Sequence record: OU509535.1
Reading direction: 5' to 3' (one strand)
Length of the DNA stretch: 64,000 nucleotides
This document shows, one piece after another, positions 1 through 9,808 of the stretch. The notes below the pieces were generated by a model. It worked only from the letters and a program-made list of their open reading frames with translations. It had not been told where the DNA came from and did no database searches. The position numbers and the translations under genes were made by a program. Numbering within the stretch: the first letter of the stretch is position 1; each line of letters starts with the position of its first letter.

Positions 1-103
1 TAAAAGAAAAAATATCGTACTACATTATTTCCTTTGGTGTATTGAAATTTATTTGTACAAATTCATTTAGTATACAATACTTCGGCGACTGGTGTCAATT
101 ATT

Positions 104-403
104 ATGACTAAAGAAGAATATATGAAAGTTTTGTTCATTAAAGAAATTTTTGTCCAAATGGTATTGGGTACTGATTATTTGTACAAAAATGCATTCATTA
201 ACATTCTTGAAGTACTACAAGATGATTTTGATTCAAAGTATAATGGAATGAAGATAAATTACAAAACATATAATCAGGATTATATTAAAATTATCAAAAA
301 ATATACAATTAATTTAAGTTCTGTAAATTTTGAAACTGCACTTGGTATGAAGTTTAAACATTTTGATTATTATTTAATTCCAATTGGATTTAAAGATGAA
401 TAA
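104..403 (+). CDS. Hypothetical protein, paralog family A (~100 aa)
   Basis: ORF track 92..403; ATG104 follows GGTG; LQDDFDSKYNG motif. Confidence 0.7.
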   Translation: MTKEEYMKVLFIKEIFVQMVLGTDYLYKNAFINILEVLQDDFDSKYNGMKINYKTYNQDYIKIIKKYTINLSSVNFETALGMKFKHFDYYLIPIGFKDE

Positions 404-701
404 ATTCGAATACCAATCAATACAATTAATTAAAGAGTATTCAAATTCTTTACATAGTTCTTTTATTTTAAAAAATAATAATTATTCCACTAAAATTTGT
501 GATATAATTAATAATTATTTTAAATGTATATCTAAAGAATTTTCTACAAAATATAAGAATAAAAATATAAAAACCGATGTAGATGTTTTTGTAATAGTGG
601 GTTTCATTATACAACAAGATTTATGTGTTGTAAAATCACTAGCGAATAGTACTAATTATTTCTTTAATTGTAAATCCCTTATAGAAGGTGAACTTTTGTG
701 A
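396..701 (+). CDS. Hypothetical protein, family A
   Basis: ATG396 overlaps upstream stop; ISKEFSTKYKNK motif. Confidence 0.75.
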   Translation: MNKFEYQSIQLIKEYSNSLHSSFILKNNNYSTKICDIINNYFKCISKEFSTKYKNKNIKTDVDVFVIVGFIIQQDLCVVKSLANSTNYFFNCKSLIEGELL

Positions 702-1030
702 ATAAACCAAACATTTATCTGGAATTTGATAACAGCATAAAGCAAGTTAATATGTTGAGATCAATTTTGAGAGATTGTTATATAGAAGCATATTACTACA
801 AGAACTGGAATACTAAAATGTATTCTAATACATTATATTACTCATTCAATGAATATTTAGATTACATTTCCGAAGAATTCAATGAAAAATATAATTCAAT
901 TGTACTTACCTATAATTCAAAAAAGCATGTACTGAATAATATAGAAATGAGTTTGAAATTTATCACATTACATTTATCCAGTTCAGAATTACCAACGACA
1001 ATTATTATACATCCTTCATATCTGGAATAA
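698..1030 (+). CDS. Hypothetical protein, family A
   Basis: GTGA overlap; YLDYISEEFNEKYNS motif. Confidence 0.75.
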   Translation: MNKPNIYLEFDNSIKQVNMLRSILRDCYIEAYYYKNWNTKMYSNTLYYSFNEYLDYISEEFNEKYNSIVLTYNSKKHVLNNIEMSLKFITLHLSSSELPTTIIIHPSYLE

Positions 1031-1036
1031 AATATA

Positions 1037-1240
1037 ATGAATGATTTGGATTCCATGTTGTGGTATACTTTATCCGTTCTTTCATTTGAACGCGATAAAC
1101 ACAAAGTACAAGCATCAAAAAATCCAGATATATTACAGAAAAAGAAAGAATACGCATTAGTGTATTCTTTGGAAAAAACATTTATTTCTATGCATCTGGA
1201 ATACAGAGAATACATAACATCAAATGGTATTAAAAAATGA
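1037..1240 (+). CDS. Hypothetical protein
   Basis: 67 aa, tiles with neighbours. Confidence 0.65.
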   Translation: MNDLDSMLWYTLSVLSFERDKHKVQASKNPDILQKKKEYALVYSLEKTFISMHLEYREYITSNGIKK

Positions 1241-1572
1241 AATATAAATCCATAGTACACAAAAGATTTAAGTCAATATATTACACGGAAATTAATGTTC
1301 ATAAAAAAGTAAAAGGTATTGATTTTTATATTGATAAAGTATATCTGGATTATGATGTAGTTACTAATACATTCGAATGCACAGATCTCTTTGATTCAAT
1401 ACCAGTACCTAACTTGGCTGAATTAAGTGAAGAAGAAGAATTTCAGTACTCACTAGTATATGAAGATATATGGGGATTTAAATGGGATTATTATCGAATG
1501 GTGTCTTATCAAAAAGCACTAATATCCTCTATAAAAAAACAAAATTACTTATTAATTAATCTGGAATATTAA
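1237..1572 (+). CDS. FQYST-family protein (short member)
   Basis: SEEEEFQYSLVY motif; ATGA overlap. Confidence 0.75.
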   Translation: MKYKSIVHKRFKSIYYTEINVHKKVKGIDFYIDKVYLDYDVVTNTFECTDLFDSIPVPNLAELSEEEEFQYSLVYEDIWGFKWDYYRMVSYQKALISSIKKQNYLLINLEY

Positions 1573-1573
1573 T

Positions 1574-2107
1574 ATGCAAAACAAGTACAATTATAATGAC
1601 CCCGAATTTGCTACACTCGCATATGATATAGCAAAAATGGTAAAAGATTTAAAGGAATGTGCTATTGGTACAAAGGATATCAGTACTGTGATGAATACCG
1701 ATGTAAATTTTAAGAAAGAATTACAGGTAACTGATTCGACAAATCCTTTGGCTGCATTCAAGAATTGTGTGGTAAATTACTATGGTGTAGTACAATGTAA
1801 CATCGGATATAAATCCCACGAATGTAATATAGTAACTTTTGATGCATATGGAAATCTCCATGAAATTGATATTTATAAGGGTCAAAAATTAATCATTAAA
1901 TTCATGGATAGATACCTATTTACCAAATCATATCATTTCGAATTACCAAAAATTGATGGTGCATTCATTGATAATTATGATGCTTATATTTTTCAGTTAA
2001 GCACTACAAATGAATATTACAGTATCATTGATTTTGTACTTAGAATGAAAATGAAATTCCAGAGTAATTTGTACTTAAAAGGAAGTATCCTTGATCTGGT
2101 GTTATAA
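1574..2107 (+). CDS. FQYST-family protein
   Basis: YDAYIFQLSTT motif near C-terminus. Confidence 0.7.
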   Translation: MQNKYNYNDPEFATLAYDIAKMVKDLKECAIGTKDISTVMNTDVNFKKELQVTDSTNPLAAFKNCVVNYYGVVQCNIGYKSHECNIVTFDAYGNLHEIDIYKGQKLIIKFMDRYLFTKSYHFELPKIDGAFIDNYDAYIFQLSTTNEYYSIIDFVLRMKMKFQSNLYLKGSILDLVL

Positions 2108-2112
2108 AATAT

Positions 2113-2298
2113 ATGAAAATTTTAACAAAAGAAGAAGTACAAAAACGATTAATTGTACAACAAGATTATACAACAATGCATAGATTTCTTGAGCTTCGTT
2201 TATTGAATTTTATTGGTACAGATTATCAGAATTATTGTGTAGATTTTTATATCAAAATGCTTGAATCCGAAATTAAACTAAAATTAAAATTAAAATGA
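2113..2298 (+). CDS. Small protein, paralog family B (GT-N/D-x-Q)
   Basis: ELRLLNFIGTDYQ. Confidence 0.75.
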   Translation: MKILTKEEVQKRLIVQQDYTTMHRFLELRLLNFIGTDYQNYCVDFYIKMLESEIKLKLKLK

Positions 2299-2471
2299 AA
2301 CACATTAATAGTATTCAGTACCTTAAATTGTACAAAAAAGCACTTGATAATTCCAGTACAATGTTGGAGTTTAATGAAAACTTTTTCATATACGTATTGG
2401 GAACTAACTATCAAGAAAAGTTAATGCTTCCATATTTGGAAACTCTCTGCTATTCAATGAAGAAAAAATGA
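2295..2471 (+). CDS. Small protein, family B (58 aa, not in ORF track)
   Basis: Hand translation MKHINSIQYL...YVLGTNYQEKLMLPYLETL...KKK*; ATGA overlaps at both ends. Confidence 0.75.
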   Translation: MKHINSIQYLKLYKKALDNSSTMLEFNENFFIYVLGTNYQEKLMLPYLETLCYSMKKK

Positions 2472-2659
2472 AAATGTTAACTCCAACTGAATATGACAAT
2501 GTAATAAGTTTAGTATATGTTTCTTTACCACGAAAATGTAATTCTATCAGAAAATTTGAATTATATTTAAAAGCGGTTCTTGACACCAATTATCAGGCAC
2601 AAATTGCAAATATATACATTTCCAGACTTATTCTACATATGCAAGGAAAAATTATATGA
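2468..2659 (+). CDS. Small protein, family B
   Basis: ELYLKAVLDTNYQ. Confidence 0.75.
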   Translation: MKMLTPTEYDNVISLVYVSLPRKCNSIRKFELYLKAVLDTNYQAQIANIYISRLILHMQGKII

Positions 2660-2673
2660 TTTATTTGAATCTG

Positions 2674-2696
2674 AACCCTCTTAATTGAGGGTTTTT
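2674..2696 (+). terminator. Intrinsic terminator
   Basis: AACCCTC-ttaatt-GAGGGTT then T tract. Confidence 0.75.
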
Positions 2697-2700
2697 GTGA

Positions 2701-2729
2701 TTGACTTTCTCTATAATTTAATGTACAAT
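2701..2729 (+). promoter_or_regulatory. sigma70-type promoter
   Basis: TTGACT-17 nt-TACAAT. Confidence 0.7.
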
Positions 2730-2764
2730 AACAATAAATGTTAATAACATAGGGGTATTATGTT

Positions 2765-3088
2765 TTGAAAATCACACTAGGCGAAGATAAGTATATCAAA
2801 TTTTTAATCAATTTATATCAATCATTTAATTCAATACCAGGAGATACTGAATATGATAGGAATATAAAATTGATTTCTATAATTATGTTAGATACCATAT
2901 GTGAACCACATATTGAGTATTTGAACAAAAAATACAAAAACAAAAGAGTAACAGACAGATTTAATCATCCATATTATATTGGATATTTCAAAAGCACCCC
3001 ACTGGCCTTCTTTGCTTATACATTTACTGTTAATTTTCATATGTTCAGTCTTAAAGATTTGTATTTAACTGAGGAGACTTTCGCGTGA
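2765..3088 (+). CDS. Hypothetical protein, family A
   Basis: TTG start after AGGGG; HIEYLNKKYKNK. Confidence 0.7.
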   Translation: MKITLGEDKYIKFLINLYQSFNSIPGDTEYDRNIKLISIIMLDTICEPHIEYLNKKYKNKRVTDRFNHPYYIGYFKSTPLAFFAYTFTVNFHMFSLKDLYLTEETFA

Positions 3089-3378
3089 GTATGTATGAAC
3101 GAATAGATAAAACAGTACTAAAAACTTTACAAATGATTTATCGATTGACTAATTCAAGACACAAATACACTGAAATATTCACTTATACATTTATTGAATA
3201 TCTTAATTCCAGATACGAATATTGTACTATAAATGATGATACATTCAGGGTGGTGGAATTTAAGATTGGGCTATTTGGTATTTTATGTGTGATTAATTGT
3301 GAAAGAACCGGTAGAAATGAATACATTTATACACATGATTTAGGTGATGTAGATTTTGTTGTACAAAAAACATCATAG
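3085..3378 (+). CDS. Hypothetical protein, family A
   Basis: GTGA overlap; FIEYLNSRYEY. Confidence 0.75.
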   Translation: MSMYERIDKTVLKTLQMIYRLTNSRHKYTEIFTYTFIEYLNSRYEYCTINDDTFRVVEFKIGLFGILCVINCERTGRNEYIYTHDLGDVDFVVQKTS

Positions 3379-3388
3379 AGATAATATA

Positions 3389-3706
3389 ATGAAACTATCA
3401 GAAGACAAATATTATTGTACTTTAGATTTAATTACTGAATTATTTCTTGATAATAAAATACGAAAAACATATGCTTCTTATACATTGAGTAAATTGCGAG
3501 GCATTCATTATGAAGAATATATTCAGTACTTATCTATGAAATACAAAAATTCAGTATGTGATGTTTATTCTCATGGAGAAAGTGTCATTCTTGAATTTTC
3601 ATATGATCAATTTGGTATTTTAATTTATTGTACTAACAATTCATACGGGTTTTGTACTAGATTGGATTTTGTGGAAATATCTTCTTATGAAAAAACTGAA
3701 AAATAG
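3389..3706 (+). CDS. Hypothetical protein, family A
   Basis: Start moved to ATG3389; YIQYLSMKYKNS. Confidence 0.75.
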   Translation: MKLSEDKYYCTLDLITELFLDNKIRKTYASYTLSKLRGIHYEEYIQYLSMKYKNSVCDVYSHGESVILEFSYDQFGILIYCTNNSYGFCTRLDFVEISSYEKTEK

Positions 3707-4013
3707 TATAGTACACAAAACAATAAAAATGATTAATACTTCTATCATTTATACAGATTTTGTATATTGCTCACAAACATATAAAAATTTATTTGATTTA
3801 CTAATGGAACCGTATATTGAATATTTGAGAGAAAAATATATCAACAAACAAGGTTCAAGTTCTTACGGTGTTTCTATGAATTATTTTATAAACATAGTTG
3901 AAATAAATTCAGATCACGACTGGTTAGTTATTATTAAAGGTCAAAATAGCACTTTATGTTCCCAAAATTATGTATATTTCTCAATTGATGATTTTATTAT
4001 AAAAGATGAATAA
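3687..4013 (+). CDS. Hypothetical protein, family A
   Basis: YIEYLREKYINK. Confidence 0.75.
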   Translation: MKKLKNSIVHKTIKMINTSIIYTDFVYCSQTYKNLFDLLMEPYIEYLREKYINKQGSSSYGVSMNYFINIVEINSDHDWLVIIKGQNSTLCSQNYVYFSIDDFIIKDE

Positions 4014-4302
4014 AGAAAAAACACAAAGAACAATAGATTATATAGAAAAATTACTTATTGATGATTTGTATATGGGTAATATTATTCCACACAATGGTTC
4101 GTTTTTATATGATATAACATATGAAATATTAAAACCATTTGCGGATTATCTTTCAGAAAAATATTCAGGAAAATTATGCTTAATTAATTCTCTTAATACC
4201 TGTTCATATATCACTTCAGTTGAAATAAGAGTTGTTGTTGGTATTGTATTCCTAACCAATTCAGAAAATAGTTACAAAATGAAGGATATAACAATAATAT
4301 GA
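4006..4302 (+). CDS. Hypothetical protein, family A
   Basis: FADYLSEKYSGK. Confidence 0.75.
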   Translation: MNKEKTQRTIDYIEKLLIDDLYMGNIIPHNGSFLYDITYEILKPFADYLSEKYSGKLCLINSLNTCSYITSVEIRVVVGIVFLTNSENSYKMKDITII

Positions 4303-4508
4303 AAAAGATATCAGATTTGGTATATTATGAAATTTTTTATAAGTACTTTGACAGATTCACTAATACTATTCTGGATAAACCGTACAGAAAATATGAAATT
4401 GAATTATTGGCGTTTATAGGAACAGATCAACAACAACAATGCCAAGATGATTATATACTATCATTGATTCGATACATGAGATTTTACCAAAATGATGAAG
4501 AATATTAA
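4299..4508 (+). CDS. Small protein, family B
   Basis: EIELLAFIGTDQQ. Confidence 0.75.
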   Translation: MKKISDLVYYEIFYKYFDRFTNTILDKPYRKYEIELLAFIGTDQQQQCQDDYILSLIRYMRFYQNDEEY

Positions 4509-4686
4509 TATATTCGAAGCAGAAAAACTTCTAAACAAATATGAAAATGAATACAAATACAACCAATGTGATAAATTAAGAAAATCCGAAATTCATTTTT
4601 TTGCGTTACTTGGTACTAATTTTCAGGATAACGTTTATAATTTTTATTTCGGTAATTTACTTAACAAAGCGAGGAATATAAATTAA
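4492..4686 (+). CDS. Small protein, family B
   Basis: EIHFFALLGTNFQ. Confidence 0.75.
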   Translation: MMKNINIFEAEKLLNKYENEYKYNQCDKLRKSEIHFFALLGTNFQDNVYNFYFGNLLNKARNIN

Positions 4687-4687
4687 T

Positions 4688-4870
4688 ATGAAACAGATTA
4701 CTTTAATGGATTTATCTACCAGAAGAATAGTTGCAAGAAGATCAATGACCGAATATAATGAAATTAGATATCATGAATTAAATTTGTTTGCATCACTTGG
4801 TACTAATTTTCAGGAAAATCACAATCAGATTTATATTACTGCTTTAAAAGATTCATTAAAGGTAAAATAA
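4688..4870 (+). CDS. Small protein, family B
   Basis: ELNLFASLGTNFQ. Confidence 0.75.
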   Translation: MKQITLMDLSTRRIVARRSMTEYNEIRYHELNLFASLGTNFQENHNQIYITALKDSLKVK

Positions 4871-4890
4871 AAATAATTTTTAATTTAAAC

Positions 4891-4918
4891 TTGACATTTG
4901 TTAATTTTGTGATATAGT
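4891..4918 (+). promoter_or_regulatory. sigma70-type promoter
   Basis: TTGACA-16 nt-TATAGT with extended TG. Confidence 0.7.
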
Positions 4919-4996
4919 ATTAAAATGAAATTCAAGTACTGGATTTTGCACTGAAAATATTTTATCAAATTAAATCGACTCATTGGGGTTAATAAA

Positions 4997-5206
4997 ATGA
5001 AATACACCGTTATTGGTATTCTGGGTTCAGATATTTGTAGTACTAACACCTCACTGGAAGCAGTACAAGTTGTATTGAAACAGATTCCTTTGAGTGAAAA
5101 AAATGCGAAAAAGTTTGAAAATCGATTACAAAATGCAAAAGAAGGCTCCACGATTTATATTGAATATGGTGGAGCTTCATGTGCTGTTAAAGTTCACAAG
5201 AATTAA
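4997..5206 (+). CDS. Hypothetical protein
   Basis: 69 aa, GGGG upstream, follows promoter. Confidence 0.7.
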   Translation: MKYTVIGILGSDICSTNTSLEAVQVVLKQIPLSEKNAKKFENRLQNAKEGSTIYIEYGGASCAVKVHKN

Positions 5207-5214
5207 GGGTTACT

Positions 5215-5487
5215 ATGAAATTAATTAAAAATATTTTATTCTTTTTTATTTTTAGTATATGTATTACAAATAATGTATATGCCATACAAATGAATTGTGT
5301 CAATGTACAGGACAATAAATTTTGCACAAGTACAGATGAAAATGGTAATACAGTACGTACCAACATTTATCGTGTTGGTAATATAGAAACCATCGAATCA
5401 TCCGATACTGATTCTAATGGTAATACTTTTATCAACAAGTGTACTGTAATAAAATTGGATAATTATAGTACTATTAATTGTAATTAA
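5215..5487 (+). CDS. Putative exported small protein
   Basis: Signal-peptide-like N-terminus (MKLIKNILFFFIFSICITNNVYA), four further Cys. Confidence 0.65.
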   Translation: MKLIKNILFFFIFSICITNNVYAIQMNCVNVQDNKFCTSTDENGNTVRTNIYRVGNIETIESSDTDSNGNTFINKCTVIKLDNYSTINCN

Positions 5488-5495
5488 GGTACACT

Positions 5496-5891
5496 ATGTC
5501 ATTTATGAAAGATAAAGAATATGCTGACATAATAATTAAAATTATAAAACATTTAAAACAACAAAATTCTGATCTAGGAACTTCAAATTTTAATGAATAT
5601 GCCAGCTTTGGATATTTGTGTTATAATTATAATGAACCAACATTGACTTATTTTTATGATAAAAAAGACAAAGATTTCGACAAGTTTTCAACTAAACTGG
5701 AAGTACTTTCATTTGATATCAATACAGAAGAAGGTTATTTTCAGGCATCTTTGATGTATCCAGATTCACAAATGCGAGTAATGTTTTTATTTGCAGAATT
5801 GAAAAAGAATTTTAAAAATGATTCATTTGTTATTCCCATGAAGTTACTAAATGATTATTTAATATATAAAGGTTATAACTGTTATGTCTGA
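5496..5891 (+). CDS. FQYST-family protein
   Basis: TEEGYFQASLMY. Confidence 0.8.
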   Translation: MSFMKDKEYADIIIKIIKHLKQQNSDLGTSNFNEYASFGYLCYNYNEPTLTYFYDKKDKDFDKFSTKLEVLSFDINTEEGYFQASLMYPDSQMRVMFLFAELKKNFKNDSFVIPMKLLNDYLIYKGYNCYV

Positions 5892-6273
5892 ATTTGAAAA
5901 AATTATTAAACGTTGTGAAATATATTTTTCTCATATTATAAAGAATATAGGAAAAACAAAAAAATCTACAGTTATAAATTGTGAATACAAAGATAATGGA
6001 TTTATTTGTTATACACCAGAAAATAATGAATGTTATTTTTATTTCCCAGATCCAGAATTTGGTTCTTCTGGTATAAAAACAGAAATACCAGATGATGTTC
6101 TAACTGAAGAAGGTTATTTTCAGTACTCAACTATTTTTGATGATGAAAAATTATTCAGTATGGTGTTAATGAAATATTTTAAAGATAATTGTGATTTTGG
6201 ATTTTCTGTAGAGGCTCCTGATTGTCTTTTTGACTTCCTACAACGAACCGTATACAATGAAAATACTAACTGA
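5884..6273 (+). CDS. FQYST-family protein
   Basis: TEEGYFQYSTIF. Confidence 0.8.
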   Translation: MSEFEKIIKRCEIYFSHIIKNIGKTKKSTVINCEYKDNGFICYTPENNECYFYFPDPEFGSSGIKTEIPDDVLTEEGYFQYSTIFDDEKLFSMVLMKYFKDNCDFGFSVEAPDCLFDFLQRTVYNENTN

Positions 6274-6451
6274 GAGTGATTGCTACAGAATATGTTCTGA
6301 AGTATCTTTAAACTCAATCAATAAAAATAAAGTACAACGTGCAGAACTAATATTAGTAAGATTTATGGGTACAAACTTTGAAGGAATTGCTTTGTATAAT
6401 TATATGAATTGTTTAATGGAATATTGTAATGAGTTACATAACAGAAAGTAG
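6257..6451 (+). CDS. Small protein, family B
   Basis: MKILT start like 2113; ELILVRFMGTNFE. Confidence 0.7.
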   Translation: MKILTESDCYRICSEVSLNSINKNKVQRAELILVRFMGTNFEGIALYNYMNCLMEYCNELHNRK

Positions 6452-6851
6452 TTACGAAAGAGATATTTTTATGTGTTCAGAAATAATGAGAATTCATGAA
6501 CGATTTATTGGTCTTGATTCTTTGGTGTGGAGTTTTAGAGAGGATGCATATTTAATTTTCAGTCCAGGAACTAAAAATTATATACAATACCATCTTTCAT
6601 CACAAGAACAAAACGAGTTATTTTTTAAAGGATCTACTGTACTGAGTTCAATCGATCTTGATTATCCTCTTAAAGAAGACATTGATTTGTGTACAGAAGA
6701 AGGTTATTTTCAGGGTTCATTAATTCTTGACAAAAAATATTTAACAGTATATACTATTTTTCAGTTCCTTGATAAAAATTGTAATTCTGCGTTCTCTATT
6801 GATATGGTACCTTTTTTGAAGGGGTTTAGACGAAAATATGAAAATAGTTGA
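6429..6851 (+). CDS. FQYST-family protein
   Basis: TEEGYFQGSLIL. Confidence 0.8.
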   Translation: MSYITESSYERDIFMCSEIMRIHERFIGLDSLVWSFREDAYLIFSPGTKNYIQYHLSSQEQNELFFKGSTVLSSIDLDYPLKEDIDLCTEEGYFQGSLILDKKYLTVYTIFQFLDKNCNSAFSIDMVPFLKGFRRKYENS

Positions 6852-7233
6852 TTATGATTACCAAAGGGATCTAGCTATATCTAATATCATTTTGGAACTC
6901 TGTGAAGATGATCCTTATTATACTGTAGTTCGAGGATATAGTAATAATGAATACAAAAGTGATGGGTTTTTGGTTTATTCCAATGGAACACCCGTAAATG
7001 AAATTCTTGTATTTCCAAGGTTCAATGAAGTACTACAAAAGAACATGGTACCAAATAAACTTGTTAAATTAGTCCAAACTGATTTGTTGTCCGAAGAATC
7101 ATATTTTCAACATAGTACTTTATATGATGCATTCGAATTGCATGTTATGTTTATTTTTCAATACTTAATGAAATATAGTACACATTCAGTATCAATGCCA
7201 ATGAGATCAATCTGGAATGAATATGAAAAATAG
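6838..7233 (+). CDS. FQYST-family protein
   Basis: SEESYFQHSTLY. Confidence 0.8.
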   Translation: MKIVDYDYQRDLAISNIILELCEDDPYYTVVRGYSNNEYKSDGFLVYSNGTPVNEILVFPRFNEVLQKNMVPNKLVKLVQTDLLSEESYFQHSTLYDAFELHVMFIFQYLMKYSTHSVSMPMRSIWNEYEK

Positions 7234-7750
7234 TTATATCTATGATGAAAAAGAAAACAAAGGTGAATTAATTCAACACATGACTATACAAGAATGTTTT
7301 GAATACGCTGATAAAGTAATTGATTTATATAATATCTTACATAATAAACCAAAAATCAAAATACTCAATTTAGCTGAACTATCGTCGGATAAATCTTTTG
7401 AATACACAAGCAATGATAATTTAAATGATTTAGTTTATTCAGAAGATAATCATTATTTTATAGGTACTTCATTTATTGAGATTTATTCAGGAATACGATA
7501 TATTCCAGAGAGTGTTCATAAAATATTAGGTATAACATCAGGTGGTGGAACATCCAACCTCATTGATATCGGTGATGTTATCATTGAAAACACGGAAGAG
7601 GATATCTTTCAGTACAGTACTGTTTATAGTGAACACGAATTAAAGCATTTGATTATTTTAAGTGCAATTAAAAAGAATAAGTGTAGAGAGTTCTTTATGG
7701 ATTTGAATTATTTGGAATTTTTATTAGATTATCATTATAACTTAAATTAA
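7217..7750 (+). CDS. FQYST-family protein
   Basis: TEEDIFQYSTVY. Confidence 0.8.
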   Translation: MNMKNSYIYDEKENKGELIQHMTIQECFEYADKVIDLYNILHNKPKIKILNLAELSSDKSFEYTSNDNLNDLVYSEDNHYFIGTSFIEIYSGIRYIPESVHKILGITSGGGTSNLIDIGDVIIENTEEDIFQYSTVYSEHELKHLIILSAIKKNKCREFFMDLNYLEFLLDYHYNLN

Positions 7751-7759
7751 AAAAATATT

Positions 7760-8281
7760 ATGAAATCAATTTATACTGAAAGTATTAAAATCATTAATGA
7801 CATTAATGATTTCTTTAAATATGTAAATTCAAATTCTTATTATGCACTTCATAATTTGAATATACTAATTTTTGATCATCCAGGTTCTGTTATTTCTGCA
7901 TTTGAACCTAAAAATTTTTATCAAATCTGTTTAATTAGAGATAATGTCCAGGAATCAATTTTTAAGGTATCATTGAATACGAGATATGAATACTGGAACG
8001 AATCAAAAATGTTCTATTTTGACGCGAGCAGAAATGAATTTTCAATATGTGAAAAAACAAAAATCCAAAATACTGTTGATATTTTGGAATATGATAACAA
8101 TATAGAAGAGTTAGCATTCCAGTACAGTACTGAAGTACAACTGGAATTTGTTCCTGTTTGTGTATTGGCTTCGTACTTAAAGAAGAATCACGACCCGAAA
8201 TACCCATTATTTAAACTGATACTCAACGATGTTGATTTTTTATTAAAACGATTCAAGGAAATAGAAGATTATGATTGGTAA
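7760..8281 (+). CDS. FQYST-family protein
   Basis: IEELAFQYSTEV. Confidence 0.8.
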   Translation: MKSIYTESIKIINDINDFFKYVNSNSYYALHNLNILIFDHPGSVISAFEPKNFYQICLIRDNVQESIFKVSLNTRYEYWNESKMFYFDASRNEFSICEKTKIQNTVDILEYDNNIEELAFQYSTEVQLEFVPVCVLASYLKKNHDPKYPLFKLILNDVDFLLKRFKEIEDYDW

Positions 8282-8762
8282 TTTAATCGATTTTAATTCG
8301 GTATTAAAATTCTCAGAGAATTTAATTAAAATTCACAAAGCATTTACTGATGATTTCTTTTTGAAAGTACCGAACTTTTGTACTAAACGAGAAGAAGCAC
8401 CTGGTGAGTATGAATATTCAGTTAATCAACCAATAAAATGTTCACAAATGTATACAAGTTTAACTGAAGAATATATTATTGATATTAATGATATATATTT
8501 TATATCTTTTATTCCCGATTCGATGCTTGAAATATATATTAATGTTATTAAATCAAAAGAACTTAGCACAAAAGATGTGAATTCATTTGATATATCAGAA
8601 GAGGCGTATTTCCAGGGAAGCACGATTTATGAACCAGTAATGTTAAATTCTATTTTAGTGGCATCTGTACTAAATCGAAGTGATTGTGATAAATTTTATT
8701 TTGATTTAGATTATTATGATCTTTGTGTTGAGTATATGGAAAAATATAATTATGTTCGATAA
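8271..8762 (+). CDS. FQYST-family protein
   Basis: SEEAYFQGSTIY. Confidence 0.8.
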   Translation: MIGNLIDFNSVLKFSENLIKIHKAFTDDFFLKVPNFCTKREEAPGEYEYSVNQPIKCSQMYTSLTEEYIIDINDIYFISFIPDSMLEIYINVIKSKELSTKDVNSFDISEEAYFQGSTIYEPVMLNSILVASVLNRSDCDKFYFDLDYYDLCVEYMEKYNYVR

Positions 8763-9246
8763 ATGCATTAGGACTGCACAAGAAATTATTCAAATAATAG
8801 TAGCAATAGAATCTACTGATGTAAAGTATGATGATTTCAAAAGTAATTTTACAGAAAAATATGTACAGGACTCAGATTTTATTCAGTACTATATTAAAGG
8901 TGAAGAATCTGTAATATTCTATGCAAATGAAACATATATTTGTGATTATGACAATTCTTCTAGATTTAATTACATCTGTTTTATTCCAAAATCAAATATT
9001 ATAGTATTTCGCCTTTCTGATGAATTCGAAACAATATATGAATATGAACTATTTAAAGATTTTTCAGAAGAACTGGCATTTCAGTACAGTACATTGTACA
9101 ATTATGATATAATTGAAATGATGATTATGTTCTGGTATTTTAACCAGATCTACAATGGCTCTTTTTATATTAATATGAATTTATTTGAAAAAGCCAAAAA
9201 AATATATGAGAGATATCATGACTTCGAATACAAATCCATTAATTGA
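8752..9246 (+). CDS. FQYST-family protein
   Basis: Start moved to ATG8752; SEELAFQYSTLY. Confidence 0.8.
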   Translation: MFDKCIRTAQEIIQIIVAIESTDVKYDDFKSNFTEKYVQDSDFIQYYIKGEESVIFYANETYICDYDNSSRFNYICFIPKSNIIVFRLSDEFETIYEYELFKDFSEELAFQYSTLYNYDIIEMMIMFWYFNQIYNGSFYINMNLFEKAKKIYERYHDFEYKSIN

Positions 9247-9808
9247 ACACGATAGTCAATTTTTTTACGAAAAAATAACTAATAGTATAGAATTATTAAA
9301 AAATATAGTCACTTATTTAAACCAAAATGATATGGAATATGTTGCTCATAAAACTGGCGATTTGTATTTTTATATTACAAATGAAAACCCTCGTATTATG
9401 TCATTCCACACTGGTGAATATTCTTTTATGGATTTTTATACTAGTACAGAAAAGAAAGATGGTAGAAATTCAGTAGACATATTCAATAATAAAAAGAAAA
9501 CGTGTATAGATTTTAATATACTACAAAATACTGATTCTTTTTTTCTCTCAGATTCCAGAAATGGTGCAGCGAATGTAATTGATGCGTCAAAAATAATCGA
9601 ATTGCCTATAATTAAAGTTCAAACAGAAGAAGAAAGATTTCAGTACAGTACTGTGTATAATGATATTGAATTGCGTAGTATTGAATTGTATTATAAATTT
9701 ATGAAAGAACAATTGTATTTTTACGTTACATTAGATGGTGTTGAAGAAATTCAAACTGTACTTCAAACAATACATAATGATTTACCAAAATATATAAGGA
9801 AAAAATAA
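9218..9808 (+). CDS. FQYST-family protein
   Basis: Start uncertain (9185/9218); TEEERFQYSTVY. Confidence 0.8.
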   Translation: MTSNTNPLIEHDSQFFYEKITNSIELLKNIVTYLNQNDMEYVAHKTGDLYFYITNENPRIMSFHTGEYSFMDFYTSTEKKDGRNSVDIFNNKKKTCIDFNILQNTDSFFLSDSRNGAANVIDASKIIELPIIKVQTEEERFQYSTVYNDIELRSIELYYKFMKEQLYFYVTLDGVEEIQTVLQTIHNDLPKYIRKK

